64,000 nucleotides of DNA from Vicugna vicugna (taxonomy: Eukaryota). This document shows positions 35,395 through 48,535 of this stretch, piece after piece (within the stretch, counting starts at the first letter, position 1; each line of letters begins with the position of its first letter). Both the position numbers and the translations under genes were made by a program. The notes beneath the pieces were generated by a model. The model made no database searches, was not told the origin of the DNA, and saw only the letters and a program-made list of their open reading frames with translations. The DNA is taken from the NCBI GenBank assembly GCA_013265495.1, contig MU057999.1, positions 930,001-994,000 on the forward strand. Direction: 5' to 3'.

Positions 35395-37568
35395 TGCCAT
35401 TCATTGTTGCTTATGATTTTTAATAGTAGAAGTTTTAAATGTTTATGGAGTGAACGTTTTGAGCTTGCCTTCTGAGATCTACCTTTTCTCTTTCCAGGGC
35501 TTTTATGCTTAAAATGTCCTTCAGTTAAATTTACAGCTATATTTTCTGTTAGTTTTTTTTCTAATTGCATCATTAAAACATTAGAATAATTAAATCTCAA
35601 AGTAATATATGAATATAGCCCTGTTTTAAATGGCTTTAGTTTTTATATCAACTCTTCAATCCACCTGGCATGTATTTTTGTAAATAGTAATAGGGTGAGA
35701 GTCTAATTTAATGTTTTTTTTTCCCAAAAGCCAATTGTCCTGGTGCATTTCTACCCCATTTTATTTGTATTGCTTCCTTTGTAATTTATTAAGTTCTTAA
35801 ATGTACGTGGGTCTATTGCAATACTCTGCTGTTGCTGGCTCTGTTTATCCAGGACTGCACCAGCATTGGGCTTTCTAATTCTAACAGCTGTAAAATAGGG
35901 CACAGGTCTGGTTAGTCGACTTCACCTCTCTTTTTATAGATTTTCTTAATTCCTTTGCCCATTCATTTTTCCAAGAAGATCTTAGAAATTTTTTGATCAA
36001 CAAATTTGCTCCCATATTTTTTTTTTATTATTGTTGTGAGTAGATTTTTAAAACTGGTTATTTCTGGTATTAAAGAAGGCTCTTTTTCCGCCCCATTTAT
36101 AATGGTCTACTTTTCTGAACTCTTTTTTTTCTAATTATAAGATATTTTCTAGTTGTTTCTTTTGCAATTTCTATGTCTCTGATCTTTCTGTCCAAAGCAA
36201 TGATGATTTCTTTCTTCCTTTCTAATAGTTGTGTCTCTAATTTCTGTTTCATTTCTTACTGCTTTGACTTGATCTTCCAGAAGAGTGTAAAGCATTAGTG
36301 GGGGGGAACAAGCTCATTTTCTTTCTAATTTTACTGGAACTGACTTTAGTTGTTTCACTATTAGAATAGTGTAGGTTTATAGTAGAAAACTGGGAAGAAA
36401 AATAGCGTATCTTTACTTGAAAGAATGGTAAAGAAAAGAGTCAGTTTATTTTGAGACAAACATACTGTTTTCCTTGTTGCTTAGTTGACATGAGGTTTTG
36501 ATCAATAGTAATAAAAATACATAAAACTATATTTTCAATTTTTAGATTGAACTTTCATTGGCCATGGTGAATGTTGTCATATTTGGTTTCTAGTACTTTT
36601 ATTCAGATGTTCACATCGGAATTTGCAAGTGAATGATTCTTTTTGGTTCTTTTTAGTTACATTGGCACATTTTGGTACAAGGTTTTACTAACTGTATAAA
36701 TCGAACACAATAGAGTTCTGTATATTTTTAATGCACGGGACAGGTAATATAGCATACATTTATCTTTTTCTTAAAAGTTTAGGAAAAAAAAAACCCTGTA
36801 AAAGTATTTAATCTTGGAATCGTTCTTGGATGTAAACTTTGGTAGTTTTTTTTTTTAATTCTACTTTCATCATTGATCTCTTAAGGTTTAAATTTTTCCC
36901 TTAAGGTTTTAATTTTTTTGGATAATTTACATTTTCCAGCAAAACTGTTCTGTTTGTTGAGATTTTTTGATTCAGTACTGTAGAGAGAAATATTTTGAAC
37001 TGGAAGAAGCCACTGTGTCTGTAGTTGTGTCCCCTTTCTTATTAGGTATATTATTTGTTCTCTCATTCTCATTGCTTACAATAATAATATAGAGAAGTTT
37101 ACATTTAAATGGGTTTTATCGCTCCCCACCAGCTTTCCCATTCTTGAATTCTTCATTTTGATTCATCACTCAGGAGAGTGAAGTGTATTTTCTTTTTTTT
37201 TCAAGCCGTATTTTCTTTTCTACGCAATACATATTATAATTTTAAAGTTCATGCTCATCCTGAGATGTCTTTGCTGCTCCACATTTAGACAATGTGTCAG
37301 TCGAATGTAAAGCTTCATGGTCACAGCCACTGTCTGCAAAAGTCAGCGGGAGTTGCTGTCTGAAGTCTTCTGTTCTTGCTTTTGTGATACCGCCGAGGTG
37401 GTCTGAGGCTAGCTAGCCTTTTATTGTCACCTCATTTTTGTTTTGTTTTGTTCTGCTGTTTCTCTTCCCTGAATACTTGTAGATTTTTAAACATTCCTTT
37501 TAGATAACAATATTAGGGCCTTCGAACCTAATGTTTTAAGGTGTATTAAGTGTGTGTGTGTGCACGCG

Positions 37569-37608
37569 TGAGATTCTGTATGATGAGATTCTGTGAGATT
37601 CTGTATGA
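37569..37608. repeat. Short tandem repeat tgagattctg(tatga) x3
   Basis: Units at 37569, 37584 and 37594. Confidence 0.9.
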
Positions 37609-37634
37609 TTGCCTTAAGATATATCACAGTACAG

Positions 37635-37857
37635 CAGTTTTTCTCATCCTTGAGACTATCGACATTTTGGTCCAGATAATTCTTTGTCTGTGGAGCCATC
37701 TGGTACGTTGTAAGAGGTTTAGCAGCCTCCCTGATCTCTACCCACTAGATGCTAGGAGCATCCTCTTTCCTCAAGTGCTAACAGTCCCAGGTGTCCTCAG
37801 ACACTGTGAAATGTTTTCTAAGGGTCAGAGTCATCCCCTCCCCTTGGCGACTCTCTG
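37635..37857 (-). mobile_element. MER20 hAT-Charlie MITE
   Basis: 'gacattttggtccagataattctttgt...gtttagcagcctccctgatctctacccactagatgc'. Confidence 0.9.
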
Positions 37858-38279
37858 GAGCAGAGGGTGGCATGAACTTGAGTTTTGAACTCAGCTCCTG
37901 AAATGGAATGTCTTCCCCATCTTATTTCAGTTGGGCTCAAAAAAGTACCTGTGTGTCTCAGTTTGTGTTTTTCAGTCCTGCTCCCAAAGCAGGTGGAACT
38001 ATAAATGGTGGAATTAGAATTAATTAATAAATTATTAATAATTCTATTATTATCATTAATTATAACTGGTGGAAATCCCTCAAGGTCTTAGCACGCTCTC
38101 AAATTCTAGTTAATGTTGTGGCTTTTGAGTTTTCACTTGTCTAGTTTTTACTGGGCTTTTAGTGGGAATTTGGGAGGAACTCTGTCAGGCATTACTGGCC
38201 AGTGACTATTTGACACCATCCTCCCATGTAGTCAGTTTTCTCACTCTGCATTTTTTTACTCAGACTCTTAAAAAAAACA

Positions 38280-38830
38280 CTTCTCGTTTCTTAGGGGAAT
38301 TGTTTTGAATACATATCTTGGTGTTTCGGGTAAGTATTTCAGTGGTTCGGGCTGTAATTTGGGATGCCCAGTGAAGTCGTTTATCCTGGGCCACGCTGAA
38401 AAATGGTCCCTCGGCAAGCTTCAGTCCGCGGTCAGCAATTCCAGAGCCGCGGATAATGTTGTTCAGGCCACATGCCCGAGACAAGGCTTGCAGTCTACAC
38501 CTCGTCAGTTCTGCAGCCAGGCAGTGACGAAAATCCCCTCTAAATGCAAAGACGTGTGAGACGCAGCCGACACACGGTGTGAAACAGTTTGGCTGCGTCC
38601 CCTTTGCCCAACTGCATCTCAGGAGGCTCGGGAAAAACACAGAAACACCTCCTTTCCAGGATTGTTTATTTTCATGTCACACGCTTGGCGGTGGAATGAA
38701 AACAGGGCCCTAGTGTGGCTCTACTCGTGAAAATAACGACTTTTACTTCTATTTTAATCCCAGAGAGGGAAAGTTCCAACTCAGCTGCTAGAGCCACCTT
38801 CTTTGAAAACTTTAAATTCGTGGTTTAGAA
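38280..38830. promoter_or_regulatory. Small CpG-rich unique island, candidate enhancer
   Basis: About 19 CpGs counted by eye in 38281-38640, flanked by CpG-poor L1 debris. Confidence 0.4.
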
Positions 38831-38999
38831 ACAAGGACGCATGTCGCCAGAATTGGAGCAGTGTGGCGGTCCCAGCCAGAGTGAGCCACGTGCTCCGGGG
38901 GCTCCCTTGTCACTTGTCCCTCCCTGTCTGTCCCACACCAGGGGGTGGCCTGGACTCTGCTGCCTCACCTCGTCCTCGGTCCACTTGTGGGAGCAGCAG

Positions 39000-41050
39000 C
39001 TTTTCAATTTTTCCAATTAATTTAGATTTTTATCAAAGTGAATGTATTAAAAATTCAGTTAGTATCCAAGTGAAAAAACAGTCTCCTGCCCGCTGCCCCC
39101 AGCCCGTCCTGTTCCCTAACACTTTGATCTATTTCTTCGTTTTACTTCCATGTTTTGAATTACATGCTTATAGTGCTATTTATTGATGTCAGTTTGGACA
39201 TCGTCTTTTGACTTCCTCCCTGTGATAGTTGAGGATTTGTCTCTCTTATTTTGTCCCTCTCCACATCCTTTCTCTTAATTTGTTAATATCCACCGCTCTT
39301 TCTCTTATATACCCATAATATTTTGGTTAAACTTATCTGACTTCAGGATAGCTACCCGTGTGTAATGCAGAATCTGTACTTATGTATTTTGTTAGTCTAT
39401 ATTGATAACTTTATGGTTAAACCCATGTCATGATTACAGTATTGTATCTATGTAACCTTTGTTCAATGTGGAACATAATTACATGGTTATTTTCTTTCTT
39501 GTATATGCCTTTTATAAAATATGGGATTGGTAATTTCCTCATTTTTCATTTATTTAGTTTTCTGTGAATTATCTGTGTGTTCTTCCCGCAAAAATCAAAT
39601 CGATCCAATAATAACCAGTATTATTTCCCCAGTGCTCAGAAGGTTCAGTGACCTCCCAGATCTGTCCTAAAATCCTCTGTTCCCCTGCTTAAACCTTGCT
39701 CTCCAGTCTTGCTACACAGTTGGCATCTTAGGAATTTTTTTTTTGCTTCTTTCATACGTTGTTTTCTCTGTTTCCTGAGTCTTACGTCTTCACCTTTATT
39801 GGTTTACCCTCTTGTTTAGCTTGAGTGCATCCTTCAGAAATTTCCTTAAAAAAGAAGTGTACTGGGAAGTAAGTGTGTTGCATCTCCGCCATGTCTGGAA
39901 AGATTATTCTATGCTTGCACTTGATTGATTGGCCAGATATGAATTCTGGGTTAAAAATCATCTGAAGGCACTGATTTGATTTCTTCTACATGTCAGGGCT
40001 GCTGCTGGGATGTCTAATGACGTTCTGGTTTTCCTCATTTTGTGTTTTGCTTGGTTTGGCTTTCTTCATTGGGAGTTTTAATATCCTTTATCTTATCCCT
40101 GGGATTCTGAAATTTCATGTTTTTTTTTTTTTAACACTCATTACACACCATGGATATTTTAATCTGGGGTCTGATGGTTTTTATTCTAGTAAAATTTATT
40201 CTAACGAATTTTTGATCATTTCTTTCTGTCCATTTTATCAGTTATCTCTTTCTTAAAATCTCATTAGTCAAATGTGAGACTTCCTGGATAGATCCCTTTT
40301 CCTTTTTTTTTTTTGAAATAATCTTTTTCCTATTTTTCATCTCTAAGTTTTTTGTTCTCCTGTGTAGGTGACTTCCTTAACTTCCATCATACAACCATTT
40401 TACTGATTTTTTTTTTGCTTTTGTTTTTATTTTCTAAGACCTATGTCTTTTCATAGCATCTTGTTCTTTTTTCTTGAGTATGGTATCTTCCCATCTCTCT
40501 GAGGATATTTATTTTAACTTCAGACATTTTATTCAGTTCTCTGCTTTGCTGCTTTTTCTGCTGGATGCCCTTTCTGTTCGTAGGCTTTGCTATCTCATGT
40601 TGCAACTTAAAAATCACATCTGAATAGCCAAGCTGTCTGTTCACATTTTAGTGTGTGGCACTGAAAAATGATCAGACGTTCCATGTCAGTGGCTGGGACT
40701 TATTGGTGGATGGATGAAACTGTCAGGTGGTCAGATGGCAAGATGACCAATTCACGGAGGTCAATATCCCAGTTTTCTCAGATGCCTTCCCATTTCCCAA
40801 GAGACGATTTCTCCATTCCCCTGGCTTGCTATTTGTTTGTGTTTGCAGCAGAGGCATCTCTGCCTGCACACCTCACTTCTGCCCATGGAGGACTTTGCCT
40901 CTGAGAAGTTCCAGTGACCCGGCAGCTCACGTGGCCTCACTCGAGGCCGGACACTGTGGCCATTCCTTGAAGTCAGCATCCCCTCCTCCCTCCCAGACCT
41001 TTGTATGCTGTGTCTTTCCCTAAGTTCCCTGTCCATGGGGAGTTTGCACC
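39000..41050 (-). mobile_element. Decayed ancient L1M/HAL1-type block
   Basis: Strongly T-rich; 'atgaattctgggttaaaaatca', 'ctttatcttatccctgggattctgaaatttca', 'atctctctgaggatattt'. Confidence 0.55.
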
Positions 41051-41789
41051 TTTTCTACTCTCAATGTCATTCCCTGGAGTTCCAGGTGGTAGCAAAGAGA
41101 AACATGTTTGAATTAGAGATTTGAATATGGATGATGGTGGCAAATTCGATGAATCTGAGGACTGATCGGCACAGTGGGGCAGGAGAGAAGAACCTGAGGG
41201 CATCGCCAGGAGGGAATAAGAACCCCTGAGCTTGGATGCAGGATTCAGTCTGTGTTGGGATTGAGTATTGCAGGGGAACTCCTTTCCTGCAAGTGTGACA
41301 ACCAGAGTAGACCCTGGAATTGTTTACTGAGGATTTGGCTTAAAGGCAGAGAGACAGACTTAGAGAACTCAAGGCCAAAGCTCACCTCGAGGATAGGGTA
41401 GCCAGTGTCTCATGGGGAAGGTCAGCTCCCTTTGGGACCTTCCGTCATTACAGCCCCTGGAGTCCCCGAATCAAGGCCAGGACAGCTGCTCTGTTTGTTG
41501 ACTCTCTAGGCCCCAGTCCTCCTGACTCTAAAGTGAGGAGGTGGTTTTCAGCCTCTTGGAGTGTGTGGCTGTGAAATCACTATCTACAGAAGGTTCTGGA
41601 AAAGGAACCACCATTGACTAAGAGAACTCTGTGCCAGAGCCAGCATTAGAGATTTCACACCTGCAAATCCTCGCTCAGAATGGGTTTGACTGTCCTCCGA
41701 GGAAGGTGGGGGATAGCTTGAGCCGGGGTGGTATCCTTGAAAAATGAGAAACTGCTGTTTCTGAGTAAATTGTTTGCAAACAGGTTGAG

Positions 41790-42335
41790 AGGAGGAGTTG
41801 GGAAATGAAGACGAATAAATCACCCACCCTTTCCTGTTGCATCAAGAAGATTCCATCAGAGTCCAGGGCACTCCGCCTTGGCCCCCGAGCGCTCAATAAT
41901 GTGTCACAGATTCAGAGTTTAGTTGCTGGAAGGGGCCTGAAAGGTTCTTGCAAAACGCCTCCCTTTGAAGATTCCTGCTACTCTGAGGCTCCCGTGCTGC
42001 ACGCACTCCCTCACACCATTAGTGTCAAACCTTCGTCAATATTTAAACATTCATTATTCAGAATTTCATTTCTCTGCTCCCGTTCTCTTTTTTTTTAAAC
42101 GTGGAGGAGGAAAGAAAAACAAGGTTAGCAACTGTATCCTGGATTTCTGCAGGCAAGAAATGAGCCACTTCAAAGCTGAGTTGATTTACTGGATAAATAT
42201 ATATTTAAACATTTGGGGACTTTAAATGTATATTATTTACCAGAGAAATAGGGGGCATCGTTCAGCCTCCACGAGGCAAAGATATATCGACACAATTTCA
42301 ACTGTATGGTTGTGTCTTTGATAAATCAGCCTGAC
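41790..42335. promoter_or_regulatory. Candidate conserved non-coding element
   Basis: Repeat-free; two exact copies of forkhead-like atatttaaacatt. Confidence 0.3.
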
Positions 42336-43989
42336 TCCTTCAGACCTTCATGGTCCACTGGAGGGAAAATACGCACCTCCTGTCTGGGGAGGGCAAGGGG
42401 CAGACAGGAAGGGAGGTACAGCCAGGTCTGGCTGGAAGGGCCTCCCACCAGAAGCTCCGAGTGGCACAGAAGCCTCAGTCGAAGATCCTGTGGGAGGAAC
42501 ACAGGCTCCTGACTCTGCAGCATCTCAGGTCCCCGAGGCTGTGAGAAGCAGGCGTGTCTGCCTTGGGGAGAACTGGAGCCTGGAATTCCAAGCGGGACCC
42601 TGGGGAGGTCTGTTGCAGTGAAGCTATAGCTTTAGTGCCTTGACAAGGCTCGGCCCCGAGTCACAGCCATGGGGAGCCTGGGGAGGTCTTGCCAAGTGGC
42701 TTTGCCCAGAAAGTCCTTGCATGCAAGCTCAGGTGATCCTGTCAAGGCAGCTCTGTGGCTCCTGGCAGCATGTGCTTTTGAAGGTCACTGGAAGGGGGCT
42801 TGTGACGATACAAGCAGATGGGGGGACCCCAGTCCTGTAGCTGGCTTGTAAGTGCAGCATCTCATCTCCTGGGAACCTGCAGGATCTCTCCTGGGGTGGG
42901 CCCAGCAGGATGGATCCTGCCTGGAGGACCTGAGTAGGACTGAGAGCCAGAAGGAAAGGGGACTACGGCTGGGGAGGCTGCCCATTGGAGCTGAAGGAGG
43001 ACAGAGGGGAGCCCCGAGTATCGAAGGCCAAGCGCTCACACACTCCTCAGGCTGGAGCCATCCTCCATGGGGCCCCCACCCCCTGTCTGCTGCCGACTCA
43101 CAGCCATCTCCAGGGCTGCACTCTGAGCTTATTCTAATTCCACTGGGGTTTGGAGCCATGTGGCCCGAGCCCTAGGTTTCTGCTGCTCACAGGGAGCGGG
43201 TAGGCATACACTGTGCCCACAACCCTGATTGCATGTGTCCCCTGCCCTCCTGCATCTGTCTCTCCTGGGGATGGCTGCAGAGGCTGCCGTCACCCTCGGC
43301 ATAGGCTGTGGTTTCTCTTACCCCCAGGCCTTGTCTGCTGCCCTTTCTCACTGAGCTTCTTACCCATGGAGTCAGGATACTGCCTCTTAGTTCCACAGAT
43401 GCCGGAGCTAGAATTGCACAGGGGAAAAAAGGACTGTCTCCTATTCTAGCCCAGTATTTACAATAATTACATGCAGTGATAAATGGAATTGGGGAAAGTG
43501 AATTAGCTTTAATTAGGGGGTCTTTTATTCTTAAAGTGCATCCCAGGAGGCACATTCTTGGGTAATTAGAGAGGGAGGTTGAAATCCTGCAGATCCTGTG
43601 TTTGGGGCATGGCCTCCCACTCCGGACCCTCCGCTGCTCACCCGTCTACATGGATCCGGCTCCTGTTCTGGGGAAGGCTGGGCGGGCTGGAGACCTCATG
43701 TTTGTTGGCCTTGAGATACTATTTCAACGTCTCCTGCCACCATGGACATCCTTCTGTGTTGCATGAGTCACAGACCATCCAAAACCCGTGAGCTTGTGGC
43801 TGGGTCAGATGACTGGCCCGCGTGGAGGCCTGTGTATAACATGCCAGCCCTCTGCTGTACCAGCAAGAAGAGAAAATTGGTCCCTAGGGAGGTTAGCTCA
43901 TGGGACTTGTCAAAGTGTCTGGTCTGGTGGGTCCAGAGATATGCGGAAAAGAGGGGCAGGAGGGCGTGAAAATCCGCTTAGGTGCTAAC

Positions 43990-44345
43990 ATTCATTTACC
44001 TCTCTCTCCATCCGTCCTCCTTCAATCCACCTGTGTCTCCATCCATTCTCTGATGCCACGTACACCCACTGAGTACCCTCCAGTGGCTTCCAGACTCAGG
44101 CTAAAGGTTGAGGACAAGTGAGAAGCTACACCTGACCCTGGAAGCCCAAGGGTGGGTAGGGAAGGCAGTGTAACTAGCCTGGCAAGGCTGATGGAGCCCC
44201 GCCACTGGAGGACCGGAGCCTCAGACCCATATCATATTTAGAGGGGGGCAGGTAGTGCCAGAGAAAGCTGGGGCGGGTCTGAGCAGCTGCTAGGGCTTGC
44301 TTGAATTGGTCAGGGACAGACTTAATTGAGGAAGTGGTGGAATTG
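43990..44345 (-). mobile_element. LINE-2 3' portion
   Basis: 'cattcattt...cactgagtacc...ccagactcaggcta..gttgagga...ggtcagggacagactt..tgaggaagtg'. Confidence 0.55.
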
Positions 44346-45913
44346 GCACACACCTGTCCAAACTGGTCAGGATGGAGGGGGCAGGCTTCCATGGCCTGTG
44401 AGGTCAGCAGGCCCCACTGCTTTACCGTTCTGCACCATCTCTACCACATGGGGACCCTGCAGCTCACAGGTTAGCACGCCCTGAGACGGAGAGAGTCGTG
44501 GCCCCGCAGCCTGTCACATCTTCACCATTAATTCCACCCTCAGGCCTACGCATGGTCCTTCTCACTCAGCCACCATCATAGTGTAACTGGTGGGTTTCTC
44601 AGCCTTCACCTTCCCGTGAAAAGCTGTCTGAACTAGATGCCTTCGTCTCTCTGGTCAGTAGGGTCCTGGTGTCTATTTAGGGAATTTCTAGATCAGCAGG
44701 CTGTATTGTCAGCAGGCAGCCAGGTTAGAAAAGCCAAATTTGGAAGCCACAGTTAGCATCTGCCCAGAGTATAGCAATGGGCTGAAGGGGCCGGAATCCA
44801 GGCCTGTGGAGGTTTACAAAGTGGGCATATGGACTTGACAGGCAGTAACCGTAAGGACAGCTTTCTGCTGCCCTGGTTGATTCGGGGAGTAGGACGCCAG
44901 GCGAAGTGGGCAGGACCAGAGCTCTGGGATGGTAGTTGGACTGTGGAGAAATGGATGAGTTGTTATTCTGGAATCCAGCATTGCCAGACAGGAGGAACAT
45001 CCTGACCTGGGATGCAGCCACCCTCACACCAGGCCCCATAATGAGAGATTTAGCATGTGCCAAAGACCTAGAGTCATTGCTCAGGCCCCAAAGCAAAATG
45101 AGGGTTCTCAGCACAGCGGATCACTCTGAACACAATCTCCTTACCCTAGATGCACACCAAAAATGAAAAGTTTGCTCTTTGTTTCAAATCTTCATGAGAC
45201 AGGAGGAATGGGGGGATGAGTCTGACCTCTGGGGAGGGTTTGATAGAATTTTCTTTGGTCCTGGCCTTGAAAACTGGACAGAGTTCAGCTGCTCAGGGTG
45301 ATATCCCTTGAGGATAAATGTTTTGTGCGGAAACACACTAGTTAGGTATGTAAGGGAGAAAATGACCAGTTTTGCATGGATTTGGCTCTTAAAGGTCACT
45401 ACACTAGTTCCTAACACAAAAATATTGGAAGAGATTTAGAAAATGAACCAAGTCCATTTTACACAAGTTCAGGGGGTTTTGGTGACTTGCCGGGGACGGC
45501 ATCTGTTTCTAATCCATCCGCCACCCCATCAGTGCTGATTTCCTTATGGTGGGGGTTTTGAAGAAGAATGAACGGGCTAAAAATTTGTATTGTACCTCAG
45601 GTCCACTTTGGATAATAGTCTCATTACAGAACAAGCCAGGAGGTACAGGGTTGAAATGTGGATTTTATACTTCCTGGGGGTTCCATGATGCTTGCATGGC
45701 ACGGGTGCTAATTGATCTGTGTTGCCGGAAGGGTGGATTTCATCAGGACACATTTGCTCCGTCTCCTTCCCTTTTGACTGTTTGGGTGATTTATGAAGAA
45801 AAGTTACAGGAATTCTGTAGTCAGTGTTAGAACACTGTCCTTGTATGCCCTGTATCGGTCCTTACCCTTTTTGTTTATTTATTTCATTCTATTCTTTTAA
45901 AAAAATGTCAGAG

Positions 45914-46368
45914 TTATTTATTTTTTTAATTGGAGTATAGTCAGTTTACAATGTTGTGTCCGTTTCTGGTGCACAGCATAGTGTTTCAGTCATACATGAA
46001 CACACAGATACTCCTTTTCGTATTCATTTTCATTTTCATGTTAGGCTACTTCAAGATACTGAATATAGTTCCCTGTGCTGTACAGTATGGACTTGTTGTT
46101 TATCCATTTTGTACATAGTAGTTTGTATCTGCAGATCTTGAACTCCCAATTCATCCCTTCCCACCCCCTTCCCCCCGGGGAAGGCGGGGGGAAGTCTGTT
46201 CTCTATGTCTGTGAGTCTGTTTCTGTTTTGAAATAAGTTCATTTGTGGCTTTTTTCTTCAGATTCTACATTTAAGTGATATATGGTATTTTTTTATTGAG
46301 GTATATGATATTTTTCTGTCTCTTTCTGACTGACTTCGTTTAGAATGACGATCCCCAGGTCCATCCAT
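45914..46368 (-). mobile_element. Young L1 3' end (camelid/artiodactyl type)
   Basis: 'ttttaattggagtatagtcagtttacaatgttgtgtc...gaatatagttccctgtgct...tttagaatgacgatccccaggtccatccat'. Confidence 0.92.
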
Positions 46369-47051
46369 CCTTTTTTGTTTTACCTTGATCATCATTTATG
46401 CCCATCAGCCTAAAAGCCCCCAAATATTTATTTGCTCCTGACACAGAGCTCTGGTGTGTCCCCTTGCCCCTGCCATCACCTTTACCAGAATGAGGTGGCA
46501 GGGGTGAGCTGGCCATGAGCAGCTCCAGTGGGGCAGCGTGGCCAAGTCCATCTGTGGATTTGCTTCTCACTTGCATGGAAGAGAGATGACAGCAAATTCT
46601 TCGACACTCATTCCATGAAGAGAAGGGGCCCGTTTACTCTCCCCTTCACTCTGGGCTGGGCTATGACTGCTCTGAGCAACCAAGTGTGGCGGGAGTGACC
46701 CTTTGCCCCTTCCAGGCTTTGCCTTTAAGAGTATGTGCTGCCCTCTCCTTGGTCTCCTGGTGCCCTGAGCCGCCATATAACAGTCCAGCTACTCTGCCAG
46801 AGAGAGTCCGTGGGGAAGCCCGGACACTGCAGGGTGAGGGAGATGGGCCCAGCAGAGCCCAGCCTGCCAGCTGGCCCTGCCATGGTGCCAGGCAGGGGAG
46901 GGAGGCCATCTTGGACCCCCCTGTCCCTGTCCACCACCAGCTGAATACCACTGAGGGACCCTGCTAAATGCCACTTGGGGGTCTAGGAATTACCCCACCA
47001 ACCTCCGTCTGAATTCCTGACCCACAAAAACTCTATAGATAATAAAAATAT

Positions 47052-47258
47052 GAGTTTGGAGTCTGACTTCCTGGCTTTGGATCCCAGTTCCGCCATATTA
47101 TGGCTGTGTGACCTCAGGCAAACGCTGATCCTCTCTGAAACCTTCGTTCCAACATGTGTAAAACTGGGTCTCACTACTTCCTTTTCAGAAGAATTGTGAA
47201 GCGTATACCATATAGTATGGTACGAAGGGCTGGCAGATAGTCAGTGTGCAATACATCC
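47052..47258 (+). mobile_element. MIR SINE
   Basis: 'ttggagtctgacttcctgg..ttggatcccagttccgcca..tatggctgtgtgacctcaggcaa...cctctctgaa'. Confidence 0.85.
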
Positions 47259-48535
47259 AAGCTCTCCTTTGAACATTTTGCGAGTATCTAGAACTCCCTC
47301 AGGCAAGGGTGTCTTGGGAACAGCTCCCCCATATGCGGTGTGATGTCCCGAGAGCCTCCTGGCTTGTCGTCTTGGGGACCTGCGGTGTCGGTATGGAAGG
47401 GCCACCCAAAATGCTGAGCCCTAGGCCTGGGGGGCAGTTGGTGAGCTGGATCCCTGTGGCCCCGCCTGCCAGAAGTGCAGGAACGACATTGGGTTTATGG
47501 ACGAGACACACATGTTTCTGCAGATGTGCCCACGTGCCCATGCACACATGAGCATGTGTCGAAGGCGAGGAGAAGGGGCTGAGGTTGAAGATGCTGAGTG
47601 CGCATGGCTGTGAGGAGCACTGATGCGGGAGCAGCGAAGGCTCAGGGCATCGTGTCACAGCCCTGCGAGCCCCCGCGCTGCCCAGCTCAAAGATAATGCA
47701 CAGAAAGCTCTTCCTAAACTGTAAAGCACTGTCTACACACAAGGCATTATTCTTAAGAACATGACAAAGAGGAGGAGGAGATAGAGGAAGTGGACGTGGA
47801 GAAATCCGCCTGAATCCTCCTGATAACAATTTTACATCTATAATTCCTTCCCCTTCTTACAGCATGGGAGTTTTATGGGGATTAGTGAGGTCCAGCTGCA
47901 GAAGGCGTGGAGCCCCTTAGGAAAGGCTCAGCCAGGACTTTATTTAATGCATCCCCTCAGAGGGGATTTTCTATTGTGTGGAAATACTCCCTGCTGGTAA
48001 AGGATGAATTCCACTGCCTGGGGGCGCCTTCCCCTGTCTCCATAAACCAGGAGGGCAGGGATGCGCTCACCCTTCAGGATGCAGTGGTGGGTGTGTTGGC
48101 TTAACTACTTAGAACTCTGTATCCTCAATTCCCATTTCCTCCCTCCTTATCTCTGCCCTGGAGAGAAGAGCTCCTGGAACCTATCATTCCCCCCTCCTTC
48201 ACACCACAACATGGGACCTCTGGAGTTTGCGTGTGTGGCCCAGAGCCGCTGGTGTGCTGAGACGCACACACGCCCAGGGAGCCCTCTGTGGCTGCAGAGA
48301 TGCCAGCTGTGGTGCTGGCGTTCATGGCCTCCCTGTGGGGCTCCTTCCTCAAGGTGGGTTTCTTACCTGCAGGTATTTCAACTAGTCTTATATAAGGAAC
48401 CCCTGGTCTTATGCCCACCTCGTAGCCCAAGCAAGTCCACCCTCTGAAAGAGAAAAGGAAGCTGCAGACTCCATGGGCGAGGAGGTGAAAATCTGAAGCC
48501 CAAGATTTGAGACCACAGGATGGGGTGGGGGGTGG

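Larger units (their letters stand above)
34250..38220 (-). mobile_element. Long decayed L1ME-type block with nested insertions
   Basis: 'aaaatcacccagaatgccaccacctagaga', 'ttttaatggctgcataatattc', 'gatgctgtgaacatc'; extended T-rich ORF2-antisense composition. Confidence 0.65.

Noticed and set aside
38936..38950. CTCF sites (also near 13497, 48014 and 60762)
   Set aside because: Each misses key positions of the CCASYAGRKGGC core.
47206..47222. taccata-tag-tatggta hairpin
   Set aside because: 7-bp stem inside a decayed MIR; expected by chance.
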